From Breznakia blatticola (GTDB lineage Bacteria; Bacillota_I; Bacilli_A; Erysipelotrichales; Erysipelotrichaceae), in assembly GCF_004365815.1 (NCBI RefSeq), contig NZ_SODD01000012.1, forward strand, positions 27,446 through 59,445: a stretch of 32,000 nt of DNA, written 5' to 3'. Within the stretch, counting starts at the first letter, position 1. The number at the start of each line of letters is the position of its first letter. This document shows positions 8,618-16,242 of this stretch, one piece after another. The notes under the pieces were generated by a model that saw nothing but the letters and a program-made list of their open reading frames with translations, did not search any database and was not told the DNA's origin. The translations under genes were made by a program, and so were the position numbers.

Positions 8618-9550
8618 ATGAAAAATGTTGTTGTAATTGGTGGAGGGACAGGACAGTCTGTTATCTTACGTGGAATCAAAGATATTGAAAATATAAAATT
8701 GACAACGATTGTGACAGTAGCTGATGATGGAGGAAGTACTGGACGTTTACGTGATGCCTATCAAATACCAGCGATGGGAGATATTCGCAACGTTATGATT
8801 GCCTTGGCAGAAAGTGAAACACTTCTATCTTCATTGATGGATTTTCGCTTTGACGGGAAAGGGGATCTTTCTGGGCATAACTTAGGTAACTTACTTCTTA
8901 CGGCTTTAACGCAAATTAGTGGGAACTTTTTAGAAGCGATTCAAACGTTCTCACGCGTCTTACGGGTGAAAGGGGAGATTGTCCCATCAACAACCCAAAT
9001 CGTGACGCTGATGGCCATTATGGAAGATGGAACAAAGGTTGCAGGAGAAAGCAACATACCAAAGTTTCATAACCGTATTGATAAAGTATATTATGATGAA
9101 AAGGTGTATGCCACAAAGCGTGCCGTATCAGCCATAACCAATGCAGATTACATTATTTTTGGAATTGGAAGTTTGTATACGAGCATTTTACCAAACATCA
9201 TTATTCCAGAAATTATCTCCGCTTTAAAATCGAGTAAAGCAAAAACGATTTACTTTTGTAATGCGATGAGTCAGCCTGGAGAAACCGATCATTTTACGAT
9301 GGAAGACCATGTTGAAGCATTAGAAAAGCATACATATAAGGGAATCATTGATACGGTGGTTACCCATAATAATATCTTGCATGAGGAAACCTTAGATCGT
9401 TATCGCAAACAAGATAGTTACCCAATATGGCAAGCAGAAAATGAACACCCATACGAAGTTGTAAAATACAACTTGTTGAAATTTGACGACGGTTTGATTC
9501 GTCATGATAGTATGAAAATCAAACGTGCGTTTGAAGAAATGTTGAAATAG
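8618..9550 (+). CDS. yvcK: YvcK/GlmR-family (CofD-like) gluconeogenesis factor
   Basis: 310 aa. Has VVIGGGTGQS, TVADDGGSTGRLR and GIGSLYTSILPN, characteristic of the UPF0052/CofD-like YvcK family. Conserved rapZ-yvcK-whiA order. Confidence 0.9.
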   Translation: MKNVVVIGGGTGQSVILRGIKDIENIKLTTIVTVADDGGSTGRLRDAYQIPAMGDIRNVMIALAESETLLSSLMDFRFDGKGDLSGHNLGNLLLTALTQISGNFLEAIQTFSRVLRVKGEIVPSTTQIVTLMAIMEDGTKVAGESNIPKFHNRIDKVYYDEKVYATKRAVSAITNADYIIFGIGSLYTSILPNIIIPEIISALKSSKAKTIYFCNAMSQPGETDHFTMEDHVEALEKHTYKGIIDTVVTHNNILHEETLDRYRKQDSYPIWQAENEHPYEVVKYNLLKFDDGLIRHDSMKIKRAFEEMLK

Positions 9551-9565
9551 TTAGGAGTGAATGAA

Positions 9566-10501
9566 GTGTCCTTCACAAGTGATGTAAAAAAAGAAATATG
9601 TCTTTATGACTGGAATGACGAATGTAAAAAAGCACTATTAAGTGCATTTTTGCAGTTAAGTGCTTCACTTCATTTTACTAGTGAGGGTACGGCAATTAGT
9701 GCACAAACAGAAAATGTCTCTACTGCCAAATACATTTACCAAATCATCAAAGAATTGTATCAAGTTGAAACGCAGTTATCGATTATTAAAAAGATGAAAC
9801 TGAAGAAAAACAATATCTATGTGATTCGTATTAAAACCAAAGCATTAGAGATTTTAAAAGATTTGGATATTATGAATGATGAAGGATTAAATGAAACACC
9901 AAGTAAGAAAATCGTGAAAAATGAGGATTGTGTACGTGCATATTTAGCGGGAGCTTTTTTATCCAATGGAAGTGTGAACTCGCCAGTTAAAAGTAACTAT
10001 CATCTAGAGATATCTACGACACATACTGCACTAGCAAAATATCTTGCAAAACAAATGAATCGATTTCATTTATCTGCGAAAGTCACAAAACGTAGAAATC
10101 ATGAAATGGTGTACATTAAAGCAAGTGATAAAATTAGTGATTTTCTAAAGATTGTAGGTGCAAGTAATTCTTTGTTTGCATTTGAAGATACACGAATTCA
10201 AAGAGATTTTATGAATTCATTAACAAGACTTGATAATTGCGAGCTTGCCAATGAAGTAAAAACAATAAAGGCAGCTCAAAAACAATTAGAAGATATTGAT
10301 TGGATTGATAATTATGGTGGACTGGAAAATCTACCTGAAGGATTGCAACGTGTTGCCTATACACGCAAAGAACATCCAGAAGCAAATTTAAATGAATTAT
10401 GTCAGTTCTATGAAGAACAGTATAATGAAAGTATTTCAAAATCGGGAATTCGTCACCGCTTAAATAAGATTCGTGACATTGCCCAGGATTATAAACGATA
10501 G
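9566..10501 (+). CDS. whiA: Sporulation/cell-division regulator WhiA
   Basis: LAGLIDADG-like segment (YLAGAFLSNGSVNSP) and a C-terminal HTH (ISKSGIRHRLNKI). Start placed at GTG 9566 (MSFTSDVKKE, matching the usual WhiA N-terminus), 8 nt after AGGAG 9553-9557. The GTG at 9557 overlaps that Shine-Dalgarno. Confidence 0.88.
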   Translation: MSFTSDVKKEICLYDWNDECKKALLSAFLQLSASLHFTSEGTAISAQTENVSTAKYIYQIIKELYQVETQLSIIKKMKLKKNNIYVIRIKTKALEILKDLDIMNDEGLNETPSKKIVKNEDCVRAYLAGAFLSNGSVNSPVKSNYHLEISTTHTALAKYLAKQMNRFHLSAKVTKRRNHEMVYIKASDKISDFLKIVGASNSLFAFEDTRIQRDFMNSLTRLDNCELANEVKTIKAAQKQLEDIDWIDNYGGLENLPEGLQRVAYTRKEHPEANLNELCQFYEEQYNESISKSGIRHRLNKIRDIAQDYKR

Positions 10502-10510
10502 GAGTTACTT

Positions 10511-10786
10511 ATGGAAAGTTTGAAAAAGATATTAGCTGCCATTTTAACAGTTTTAATTATTATTTGGTTAATTCCAGTTATTGCATGGTTAGTTGTACTT
10601 CTACTAATCGTGGGGATTTGTTTATATGCGTATTACCGATATAAACTTCGTAAAATGATGAATGATGAAGAATATCCGTATTATCGTTCACGTGATGATT
10701 ACGAACAAGAAAGAGATCAAGCAAATGGATCACGTATTGATCCAGATGTCATTGATGTTGAGTATACAGAGAGGGAAGAAGAATAA
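10511..10786 (+). CDS. Small membrane protein with an acidic cytoplasmic tail (unknown)
   Basis: 91 aa. Residues ~8-40 form a long hydrophobic stretch (one or two TM segments), followed by a Tyr/Asp/Glu-rich tail. AGGAG Shine-Dalgarno; the stop overlaps the next start (TAATG). Confidence 0.6.
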   Translation: MESLKKILAAILTVLIIIWLIPVIAWLVVLLLIVGICLYAYYRYKLRKMMNDEEYPYYRSRDDYEQERDQANGSRIDPDVIDVEYTEREEE

Positions 10787-11700
10787 TGGTTGAGATTGCA
10801 ACAGAGAAAGAAAAAGAAGAGTTATTGCTGCTTAATGTGCAAAATCATCCAGCAAAAGATCAAGTGTTCTTTGAACAGTATTTTCAAGATCAATTCAGTA
10901 GAAATAAAACCTACTTTTTAGAAAATGATACACGAATTTATGCAACGATGTCTTTTCAAGAACATCCACTACGCTTTCAAGATAAAGTTCTTTTATGTAG
11001 TTATGTTTTTGGTGTTGCAACCCATGTCGATTATCGTAATCAAGGAGCGATGAGTGAATTGATGCACTATGTGCTTGATGAGTGCTCACAAAATTACTTG
11101 CTGACATTTATTGAAGCATACAATCCAAAGATCTATGAGAAATATGGCTTTCGTACCGTTTCGTATCGTAAGAAACTGCATTTAAGTCAAAAAGATATTC
11201 GCATTAAAGATCTTAAAGGAATTTCTACACATGTTGATATTGATGTCATGGTGTATTTATATCAAGAGTTTGCCAAACGCTTTGATTGTTACTACATCCG
11301 TGATCGTGAATACTATTTACGATATGTTGAAGCCATTGAGAAAAATGGTGGAGCCATTTGTATGTGTTATGATGAAGAAAATCAACCATTAGGGTATGCA
11401 GTATCGTATGAAAAAGGAGATGTGATTGAAGTAGATGAAGTCATCTATTTAGACTCACATACACTGAGTAAACTGCTTCGTTATTCTTTGCAAGATAAAG
11501 AGAATATTATCGTTGAAGTATCAAGTAACGAAAGAATTGAAAAGATTTATAAAAACATCGTTCCGCGAACAACTTCATGCGTAATGGCACGAATTAATAA
11601 TGTTCCGTTGTATGAAAAACTATACGATGTAAAAATACGAAGTGTCGATGAAGCCTTCTATAAATTAAAAAAACCAGTTTTATTAGATGAAAAGTGTTAA
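10786..11700 (+). CDS. GNAT-family N-acetyltransferase (Eis-like size)
   Basis: 304 aa. The acetyl-CoA motif-A-like segment VATHVDYRNQGAMSELM fits the R/Q-x-x-G-x-G/A pattern. A long C-terminal extension resembles Eis-type GNATs. Translationally coupled to the preceding small ORF. Confidence 0.6.
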   Translation: MVEIATEKEKEELLLLNVQNHPAKDQVFFEQYFQDQFSRNKTYFLENDTRIYATMSFQEHPLRFQDKVLLCSYVFGVATHVDYRNQGAMSELMHYVLDECSQNYLLTFIEAYNPKIYEKYGFRTVSYRKKLHLSQKDIRIKDLKGISTHVDIDVMVYLYQEFAKRFDCYYIRDREYYLRYVEAIEKNGGAICMCYDEENQPLGYAVSYEKGDVIEVDEVIYLDSHTLSKLLRYSLQDKENIIVEVSSNERIEKIYKNIVPRTTSCVMARINNVPLYEKLYDVKIRSVDEAFYKLKKPVLLDEKC

Positions 11701-11758
11701 AAAATGCTTACACATGAAAAAAATATGTGGTAGTATAACCTTCGTCGAGTAGCAAAAG

Positions 11759-11790
11759 CGTAAGTCCAGATGTGGATTTACGTTTTTTTT
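11759..11790 (+). terminator. Rho-independent terminator after the GNAT gene (or leader attenuator of the MATE gene)
   Basis: 10-bp stem CGTAAGTCCA (11759-11768) / TGGATTTACG (11773-11782) with one G-U pair and a GATG loop, then T8 (11783-11790). Confidence 0.7.
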
Positions 11791-11814
11791 ACGGATAGAG
11801 GGAGAGAATTTTTT

Positions 11815-13233
11815 ATGAATACAAATGATTATATGACAACTGAAAAAACAAGCGTATTAATGCGCAAATATACGATTCCGTGTATTATTTCTTTACTAGT
11901 GGGGGCACTTTACAATATTGTGGACCAAATTTTTATCGCTAATGCGGATTACTTAGGTTCCTTTGGAAATGCTGCCAATACCGTGGTATATCCATTAACG
12001 GTAATCGCACTAGCCATTGCCGTTATGATTGGAGATGGAGCTTGTGCGTTTATTAGTATCCGTTTAGGGAAGAAAGAGCATAAACCAGCTAGTGTTAGTG
12101 TAGGGAATGCAATTGTGTTATCACTTATTACAAGTGTTGCACTAATGGCAGTGTACTTGGTTTTCCAACAAGATATCGTACGTATGTTTGGTGGAGCGAT
12201 TAACGAGCAAACTTTCGAATTATCAAATGAATACTTCTTTTTCATCACAATTGGTTTACCGTTCTACATGTTAGGACAAACGTTAAATCCAATTATTCGT
12301 GCAGATGGAAATCCAAAATATGCTATGTTTGCAACACTATCTGGAGCTTTATGTAATGTGATTTTAGATCCAATTTTTATCTTTGTGTTCCGTTGGGGAA
12401 TGATGGGTGCAGCACTTGCGACAGTTATTGGACAAATTCTTAGTTTTGCATTATCGGTGATTTACTTATTTAAACTACAACGTTTGGAACTAAGAAAGTC
12501 ATATTTCATCTTAAAGTTACAATATGTAAAATCAATTTTAGAACTTGGATTTTGTAGTTTCATCTCACAATTATCAATCGTGGTATCTATTGCAGCAATC
12601 AATAATATGATTCAAACCTATGGAGCTTTAGATACGATATTCTCACAAGAAATGTATGCACATATTCCTATGGCAATTGTTGGGATTGTAATGAAGTTCT
12701 TTGGCATTGTCGTATCGATTGTGATTGGTTTAGCAGCCGGAAGTATTCCACTTGTTGGTTACAACTTAGGAGCTAACCGGAAAGATCGAGTAAAAGAAAT
12801 GTTTGTAAGTTTGATGAAAATTGAAGCAATTGTTGGAGCGATTGGTTTATTAGTTGTTGAACTATTCCCAAACACACTACTTAATATCTTTGGTGCACAA
12901 AGTGAAAGTGTCTACTATACAGCTTTTGGTGTCAAAACGTTCCGTATTTATTTGAGTATGTTGATTTTTGCATCCGTGAATAAAGGTATGTTTATTTTCT
13001 TACAATCGCTAGGTAAATCATTAATGTCTACAGTTTTATCACTAATTCGTGAAATTGTATTAGGAGTTGGACTTGTCATGATCCTGCCACGATTCTTTGG
13101 TTTAGATGGAATTTTATACTCTATGCCAATTGCAGATGTAATAACATTTATTCTAGTTGCCTTTATGATTGCTCATACATACCAAAGTCTAAGTGAGAAA
13201 AGCAGTTTACAAGTAGAAGCAGCTACATCGTAA
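11815..13233 (+). CDS. MATE-family efflux transporter
   Basis: 472 aa and polytopic (about 12 hydrophobic segments), with a typical MATE N-terminus (LMRKYTIPCIISLLVGALYNIVDQIFI). Start moved to ATG 11815 behind GAGGGAGAG, because the ATG at 11770 lies inside the terminator hairpin and has no Shine-Dalgarno. Confidence 0.85.
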   Translation: MNTNDYMTTEKTSVLMRKYTIPCIISLLVGALYNIVDQIFIANADYLGSFGNAANTVVYPLTVIALAIAVMIGDGACAFISIRLGKKEHKPASVSVGNAIVLSLITSVALMAVYLVFQQDIVRMFGGAINEQTFELSNEYFFFITIGLPFYMLGQTLNPIIRADGNPKYAMFATLSGALCNVILDPIFIFVFRWGMMGAALATVIGQILSFALSVIYLFKLQRLELRKSYFILKLQYVKSILELGFCSFISQLSIVVSIAAINNMIQTYGALDTIFSQEMYAHIPMAIVGIVMKFFGIVVSIVIGLAAGSIPLVGYNLGANRKDRVKEMFVSLMKIEAIVGAIGLLVVELFPNTLLNIFGAQSESVYYTAFGVKTFRIYLSMLIFASVNKGMFIFLQSLGKSLMSTVLSLIREIVLGVGLVMILPRFFGLDGILYSMPIADVITFILVAFMIAHTYQSLSEKSSLQVEAATS

Positions 13234-13330
13234 GATTTGTCCATTTTTAAAGCTTTGTTTGTCTTTTTTAGCACATTTTTTATGTTAACTAACAAAGTCT
13301 GTGTACAATACATGCATATTCTTCTAAGAG

Positions 13331-13339
13331 TGATATAAT
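13331..13339 (+). promoter_or_regulatory. Extended -10 element (TGATATAAT) upstream of the KbaZ-like gene
   Basis: Exact TGnTATAAT match 22 nt upstream of ATG 13361. GGAGG Shine-Dalgarno at 13349-13353. Confidence 0.45.
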
Positions 13340-13360
13340 GCAGTTGATGGAGGAATCGTT

Positions 13361-14677
13361 ATGAATCAAAACCCTTTAAAACAAATTGTTAAACTACAGA
13401 AAGAAGGAAACGCTGTAGGAATTTACTCATGTTGTAGTGCAAATAAATATGTCGTCGAAGCGGTCTTAAAACGCGGAAAAGAAGATGACTCTTGTGTGCT
13501 TATTGAAAGTACGGCAAACCAAGTTGACCAATTTGGTGGATATACTGGAATGAACCCACAAGCATTTATGGACTACGTCTGTGACATTGCCAGAAAATAT
13601 GACTTCAATATGAAGAAATTGTTCATGGGAGGTGACCATTTAGGGCCACTAACATGGGCACACTTACCAGAAAAAGAAGCCATGAAAAATGCCGAAGATC
13701 TTGTTCGTGCATATGTATTAGCAGGATTCACAAAAATCCACATTGATACATCTATGAAAGTTGCTGATGATGATCCAAATACACGATTAAGCGATGAGAA
13801 AATTGCAGAACGTGGGGTACGACTAGCAAAAGTAGCAGAAGCTGCTTATGCAGAATATGTAAAAAGTCACCCAGATGCATTTCAACCAGTTTACATCGTT
13901 GGTAGTGAAGTGCCAATCCCTGGTGGAGTACAAGGTGATGGAGAAGGAATGCAAGTCACAAGTGTTGCTGATTTTAAAGCAACGGAAGCATTATTTGAGG
14001 ATGCATTTAAAAATGCAGGCTTAGAAAAAGCTTGGGACAATGTAATTGGATTTGTTGTACAACCTGGTATTGAAGAAAAAGATGCAGGATGTACAGAATA
14101 TGATCGTGCCAAAGCTGCAGACTTAATGGCATCAATTAAAGAATATCCAACCTTAGTATTTGAAGGACACTCAAGTGACTATCAAACAAAATACAAACTT
14201 CGTGAATTAATCGAAGATGGAGTTGGAATACTAAAAGTTGGACCTGGATTAACATTCATGGCTAGAGAAGCACTATTTGCTTTAGCATATGCGGAAAAAG
14301 AAATCTATGCAGATCGTACAGAAATGCAAAGTCACTTTATTGAAGTATTAGATAAAGTTATGTTAGAAGATCCAAGTCGTTGGCAAAAATACTACACAGG
14401 GAATGAAAATGAAATTCGTATCAAACGTAAGTTCTCATTCTCAGACCGTTCACGTTACTACATGCAAAATCCAGAAGTTGTCGGTGCAATTGATTTACTT
14501 ATGAAAAACTTAAAGGATGGAGTTCCTTTAAACTTATTAAGTCAATTTATGCCAATTCAATATACAAAGGTACGTGAAGGATTCCTTACAAATGATCCTG
14601 AAGAACTTGTAAGAGATCGTGTAATTAACTGTATTGACGAATATTTATTCGCAACACACCAAAAAGAAATATTCTAA
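13361..14677 (+). CDS. agaZ: GatZ/KbaZ/AgaZ-family protein (tagatose-bisphosphate aldolase accessory subunit, or tagatose-6-phosphate 4-epimerase type)
   Basis: 438 aa, collinear by eye with E. coli GatZ/KbaZ: GIYS.CS, IE.T.NQV.QFGGYTGM, GGDHLGP, GF.KIH.D.SM, G.EVP.PGG, VVQPG.E, H.DYQT, ILKVGP.LTF..REA.FAL, ML..P..W.KYY, SDR.RYY. Confidence 0.88.
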   Translation: MNQNPLKQIVKLQKEGNAVGIYSCCSANKYVVEAVLKRGKEDDSCVLIESTANQVDQFGGYTGMNPQAFMDYVCDIARKYDFNMKKLFMGGDHLGPLTWAHLPEKEAMKNAEDLVRAYVLAGFTKIHIDTSMKVADDDPNTRLSDEKIAERGVRLAKVAEAAYAEYVKSHPDAFQPVYIVGSEVPIPGGVQGDGEGMQVTSVADFKATEALFEDAFKNAGLEKAWDNVIGFVVQPGIEEKDAGCTEYDRAKAADLMASIKEYPTLVFEGHSSDYQTKYKLRELIEDGVGILKVGPGLTFMAREALFALAYAEKEIYADRTEMQSHFIEVLDKVMLEDPSRWQKYYTGNENEIRIKRKFSFSDRSRYYMQNPEVVGAIDLLMKNLKDGVPLNLLSQFMPIQYTKVREGFLTNDPEELVRDRVINCIDEYLFATHQKEIF

Positions 14678-14681
14678 TGGT

Positions 14682-14713
14682 ATGAGTTTCTCTTTTTGAG
14701 GAACTCATTTTCT
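14682..14713 (+). terminator. Probable terminator after the KbaZ-like gene
   Basis: 11-bp stem ATGAGTTTCTC (14682-14692) / GAGGAACTCAT (14698-14708) with one G-U pair and a T5 loop. The tail TTTTCT is a weak U-tract. Confidence 0.5.
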
Positions 14714-14740
14714 AAAGTAGATGAAATATAGACAAGAAAA

Positions 14741-14777
14741 CAAAAAAGATAAACATATTCTCAAAAAAGATAAGCAT
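14741..14777 (+). promoter_or_regulatory. Tandem 16-bp direct repeat at 21-bp phasing, next to the nagA promoter
   Basis: CAAAAAAGATAAACAT (14741-14756) and CAAAAAAGATAAGCAT (14762-14777) are 15/16 identical, with start-to-start spacing of 21 bp. TATAAT at 14806-14811 lies downstream. Confidence 0.5.
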
Positions 14778-14838
14778 TTATCGTTCGTTTTCGTCTAGAA
14801 AGATGTATAATGCAAGTACAAAGATGGAGGAATGCCTA

Positions 14839-16002
14839 ATGATAATTCAAAGTAAAAAGGTTTGGATTGCAGGACAATTTATCCCTGCACAAATCGATGT
14901 AGAGAAAGACAAAATTGTTGGTATCTACGACTATGGTGAAAAAACTGTTGATAAAGACTATGGTGAAAACCGTATTGTCCCAGGATTTATCGATATTCAC
15001 TGTCATGGTGCTTACTCATTTGATACAAATGACGCGCAACCAGAAGGTTTATTAAACTGGGTAAAACACATTCCAGGTGAAGGTGTTACTGCTTTATATC
15101 CAACAACGATTACACAAAGTAAAGAAGTTCTTAGTGAAGCATGTGAAAACGTTGCAAATGTATTGGAAAAAGGCGATTATGAAGGTGCAGAAATTATGGG
15201 GATCCACTTTGAAGGTCCATTCCTAGATATGCAATATAAAGGTGCACAACCACCTGAACATATTCGTAAACCAAATGTAGACGAATTTAAAGAATTCCAA
15301 AAAGCTGCAAGAGGTCATATTAAAATTATGACAATGGCAACAGAACACGATGATGACTTCAAACTTACAGAGTATGCAAGTCAAAATGGTGTAATGGTAA
15401 GTATGGGTCACTCTGGTGCAACATACGAACAAGCAGTTATGGGTGTTGCTCATGGGGCAAAATCAATGACACACGTATTTAATGGAATGTCTCCATTCCA
15501 CCACCGTAATCCAGGATTGGTTGGTGCAGCTATGCGTATGCGTGATGTATATGGTGAATGTATTTGTGATGGGAACCACAGTAACCTAAATGCGGTAAAT
15601 GATTTATTTATGGCAAAAGGACGTGACCACATGATTATGATCACGGATGCATTAATGGCAAAAGGATGTCCAATTGGATCACACCACATGTTTGGTGGCC
15701 ATGAAATTGAAATCTACCCTGATGGAAGTGCACACTTAATTGAAGGTGTAAAAAGTTTGGCTGGTTCAACATTACATGTAAACCACGGACTTAAACTACT
15801 TGTTGAAGAAGCACTTATTCCATTTGATTATGCACTAAACTCTTGTACATTAAACCCAGCACGTGCACTAGGTATTGATGACCGTAAAGGTAAAATTTGT
15901 ACGGGACATGATGCGGACTTAGTTGTACTAGATCCTAATTACGATGTTGTGGATACATACTGTCGTGGTAAACTTCATGTGAAAGATGGAGATGCAAAAT
16001 AA
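14839..16002 (+). CDS. nagA: N-acetylhexosamine-6-phosphate deacetylase (NagA/AgaA family)
   Basis: 387 aa from ATG 14839 (GGAGG 14826-14830, 8-nt spacing). Amidohydrolase metal ligands are present: IDIHCHG, HFEGPF, MGHSGAT, THVFNGM, ITDA. Confidence 0.9.
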   Translation: MIIQSKKVWIAGQFIPAQIDVEKDKIVGIYDYGEKTVDKDYGENRIVPGFIDIHCHGAYSFDTNDAQPEGLLNWVKHIPGEGVTALYPTTITQSKEVLSEACENVANVLEKGDYEGAEIMGIHFEGPFLDMQYKGAQPPEHIRKPNVDEFKEFQKAARGHIKIMTMATEHDDDFKLTEYASQNGVMVSMGHSGATYEQAVMGVAHGAKSMTHVFNGMSPFHHRNPGLVGAAMRMRDVYGECICDGNHSNLNAVNDLFMAKGRDHMIMITDALMAKGCPIGSHHMFGGHEIEIYPDGSAHLIEGVKSLAGSTLHVNHGLKLLVEEALIPFDYALNSCTLNPARALGIDDRKGKICTGHDADLVVLDPNYDVVDTYCRGKLHVKDGDAK

Positions 16003-16014
16003 AAATCTGTAATT

Positions 16015-16060
16015 GACTCATCTACTGATTCGTAAGAATCAGAGGTGGGTCTTTTTCTTT
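16015..16060 (+). terminator. Strong Rho-independent terminator after nagA
   Basis: Composite hairpin with an outer stem GACTCATCT / AGGTGGGTC (two G-U pairs, one bulged A) and an inner perfect stem CTGATTC-GTAA-GAATCAG, followed by TTTTTCTTT. Confidence 0.75.
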
Positions 16061-16115
16061 GTAAACTATTATATTATTATTAAATGATGATAACTAAATT
16101 ATTTAGTAGAAATAG

Positions 16116-16144
16116 TTGATAATTATAATTACATCATATATAAT
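16116..16144 (+). promoter_or_regulatory. Sigma-A-type promoter of the giant surface-protein gene
   Basis: TTGATA (16116-16121), exactly 17 nt of spacer, then TATAAT (16139-16144). This would give a ~90-nt 5' UTR before ATG 16243. The region is very AT-rich, so alternative -10 hexamers exist (16124-16129, 16162-16167). Confidence 0.5.
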
Positions 16145-16154
16145 GTCGCTTGTG

Positions 16155-16175
16155 CAATTTGTATAATACAAATTG
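16155..16175. promoter_or_regulatory. Perfect 9-3-9 palindrome just downstream of the predicted start site
   Basis: CAATTTGTA-TAA-TACAAATTG. The arms are perfectly complementary and the centre contains another TATAAT (16162-16167). Confidence 0.5.
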
Positions 16176-16242
16176 TCACGTACAAGATAAAGGGATCTAG
16201 ATGTATATGTGTGTGCAATATACAGAAAGAGGAGTAAATGAA

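Noticed and set aside
13250-13300. Inverted repeat CTTTGTT ... AACAAAG downstream of the MATE gene as a terminator or operator.
   Set aside because: The arms are only 7 bp and are separated by about 35 nt of AT-rich sequence. There is no adjacent U-tract in the right place, so it is indistinguishable from chance in this composition.
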